A DNA stretch of 64,000 bases. It comes from Basidiobolus meristosporus CBS 931.73. Taxonomy: Eukaryota > Fungi > Basidiobolomycota. A model generated the notes under the pieces. The model had not been told where the DNA came from. It was given only the letters and a program-made list of their open reading frames with translations, and searched no databases. Below, piece after piece: positions 62,141 to 64,000 of the stretch (its first letter is position 1; the number at the start of each line of letters is the position of its first letter). Position numbers and translations under genes: made by a program. Location: NCBI GenBank assembly GCA_002104905.1, contig MCFE01000209.1, positions 1 through 64,000 on the forward strand, written 5' to 3'.

Positions 62141-62489
62141 TGTTGTAAAAATTTGTATTTCCACCTAAATATTCACCTAACTTAGTCACTTAGATCATTA
62201 CACTCAAATCCTAGAGAATACTGACCAAATTCCTTGTTGGGATTTACTTGGAATATTTTCACCAAAATACCAGGTATCCAGAGCATGAAAATTCTCAAAG
62301 TTGTCCAAACAGCCCCAAACTTTGCACACATGTTCTTGGGACCTTCCTTAACCTATTCTACGTGTTTGTAATGCCAAGACCAGGTAAAAGTATAAATACT
62401 ACTTTTACATTCAATAAATCATTAAGTAAAAACCACATAATCTACTTGTTCTCCCAATCACTTCCAATATCTCCAAGACTCTTACAACA
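62141..62489 (+). repeat. 3' LTR (349 bp)
   Basis: Follows PPT GAGTGGGAG. TGTTGTAA...TTACAACA, followed by TSD CTAAC. Confidence 0.97.
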
Positions 62490-62949
62490 CTAACCCCTAC
62501 AAATGTGCACACCTGCTGCAATAGACATACTTCTATAACCCCTACTTTATGGCTTTTTAGTGTGATACTTGCAAAGTTGCCATATACCTTGTACTGCAGG
62601 TAACGTTCTCATCTTGCAAACATATGCTTGGTTGTTGCCACTTCTGCCATGAATACCTCCTCAAAATCTGCAAAGAACTTCTTGGTATTTAGCCAATATA
62701 TTCCTTCTCCCTGCCGGCTTCTAGTCCCCCTTACAGGTGTGCTCTGGCTCTTGTTTGTGTGAATTCTGTATTGAATGGTGTAGAAGTTGGCTTGCAACCA
62801 TGAGAAATCTGGTATACCTTGGTAGAGTTTTCCTAATACAAATTAGTTGCTTGTTGCACCCAACCCAACTTTGCATTACTTAACAGATTACCCACACATT
62901 GGGGCTGCTTAGCTTCTTAATGCCATAGGCAAAGGTATCTCCATGTGCA

Positions 62950-64000
62950 CATTTGTGACTGGGATGCACTGTAAGAAGCCTACAAGACATGTGTTCTGTA
63001 TGCCAAAGGATACAACCATGAAGCCCTTCTACTGTCCTCACAAAAAAAAGCAGTGAGAGCTACAAAGCCTACACTGAGCTATTTCTGCAACAAGTTTGAT
63101 GTCTCCCAATAGACAAAATTGCCAAACAACAGCTCAAGAGGTATTACTTCATGGGCTTAGATGCTGAAATTAGATGCAGGGCATCCAAAGAGCAACAGGG
63201 ATGTAAAACACTGTAAGAGTTAGCTGAACAAGTAAGAGGGATCATCTTGCTATGAGGGCTACCCTATTGTGATACATATGATTGAGAGTAGGGATCCCCC
63301 ATAGGAAAGGAAAAATTAACCCCCACAAAAGACTGTGAGTCAGAGGAATTACAACAAAAGGTCCAAGAACTCTCAATCAATGATGTCCAAGAAGTCCCCA
63401 AAGAAGGTAATAGGCTCTGGGAAGCTGTTGTAGATCAAAAGGCATAGGTACAAGCTCTGACCCAACAGATGGAACAACCACAACAACAGCATCCATGTTA
63501 TATATGCAGAGAATTAAGCCACAGAGCCCACAAATGTGAAAATGGTACAGACAAGAACCTGTACCTGAAACAACGGAGAAGAAGGCACCAAAAGACAGAG
63601 TCTCTTGCCAGGAGGCCAACAGGACTCAATCAATTTAAGCCCTTTGGTTAGAACAGCTAAAGTGAGGAAGAAGAAGCCTTGATATGATGCTTTTAGAGGG
63701 AAGGCAAAGGAACCTGTAGTAAAGGTTCCATCAAAGAGAAAGAGTGCAGAAGTGAGTGAAGAAGTATAGGATGAGCCTTGAGAGGAATTACAGAAGCACA
63801 CTGGGAAGACTAGTACATCCTCCCATGGCCTATTCCCTATAATGAAGGTACTAGAGCAAACCAAGGAAACCCTCCCAATAAGCAATTTACTGGGACTTGG
63901 CCCAGCTCTAGTCAAAGAACTGTTAGAGGGATTGAAGGAGATAACAACCCTTCATGTTAGCCAGATAGTCCTACAAAAGCCAAATAAGGGTACATGCATA
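62950..64000 (+). mobile_element. Decayed Ty3/gypsy-type gag region; runs off the right window edge
   Basis: Stop-riddled gag-like text (WDAL*EAYK...ESYKAY...YYFMGLDAEIR), a CX2CX4HX4C knuckle CYICRELSHRAHKC at 63496-63537, and a pre-protease-like stretch (LPISNLLGLGPALVKELL). Almost no CpG. Confidence 0.7.

Larger units (their letters stand above)
57810..62489 (+). mobile_element. Full-length (4,680 bp) Ty1/copia LTR retrotransposon, inactivated
   Basis: Two 349-bp LTRs, CTAAC TSD on both sides (57805-57809 and 62490-62494), PBS 58159-58170 and PPT 62132-62140. Gag ATG at 58190, zinc knuckle CNYCKRKGHTSDWC, protease WYIDSGASQH, integrase (LWHRRFGH, HSDLCGP, FIDDYTR), RT and RNase H. Frameshifts near 58510, 58910, 60290 and 61080; stops at 59495, 61629 and ~61731. 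Confidence 0.98.

Noticed and set aside
2286-62489. One giant composite LTR element carrying the NRPS between the LTRs at 2286 and 57810/62141
   Set aside because: The right element has its own matching CTAAC TSDs, and the left LTR is a 3' LTR preceded by its own PPT and followed by CATTG. These are independent insertions.
2286-62489. CRISPR-like or other regularly spaced repeat array
   Set aside because: The only recurrent sequences are LTRs, the NRPS module repeat and microsatellites. There are no short repeats with unique spacers.
1-64000. tRNA or rRNA genes
   Set aside because: No cloverleaf with a T-loop consensus and no rRNA-like conserved stretch was recognised by eye. A tRNAscan-SE/Infernal run would be decisive.

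Overview
Eukaryotic (fungal) genomic DNA, not prokaryotic. Genes carry short GT-AG introns of mostly 55-80 nt, many with CTAAC/CTGAC-type branch points. The ORF track uses bacterial-style alternative starts and splits spliced genes. The gene set (five-TOG XMAP215, LIS1, giant NRPS) and CpG-depleted repeats suggest an early-diverging fungus, possibly Basidiobolus-like; this is inference only. From left to right the window holds: (1) the 3' half of a decayed Ty1/copia element with its LTR (1-2635) and an old solo LTR (~3424-3771); (2) one ~25-kb, 4-exon, six-module NRPS gene (5179-30341, ~8,318 aa) with architecture C*-A-T-E-C-A-T-C-A-T-E-C-A-T-E-C-A-T-C-A-T-E-TE; (3) a DHA2-type MFS exporter right behind it; (4) a tract of decayed genes (ferritin/Rds1-like, unknown, BBE-like FAD oxidase); (5) an intronless AIM6/PLC-like phosphodiesterase; (6) adjacent LIS1/PAC1 and XMAP215/STU2; (7) a monocarboxylate-type MFS transporter; (8) a full-length but inactivated copy of the same copia family (57810-62489, CTAAC TSD, Ty5-type PBS) among older repeat relics, including a Ty3/gypsy gag. 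The strongest candidate for an undescribed system is the NRPS plus exporter. It predicts a D-L-D-D-L-D hexapeptide released by an ACV-synthetase-like terminal E-TE. Its modules 3 and 4 share a ~99%-identical 3.27-kb A-T-E tract, and its introns sit at homologous C-domain positions. No rRNA, tRNA or CRISPR array was recognised.
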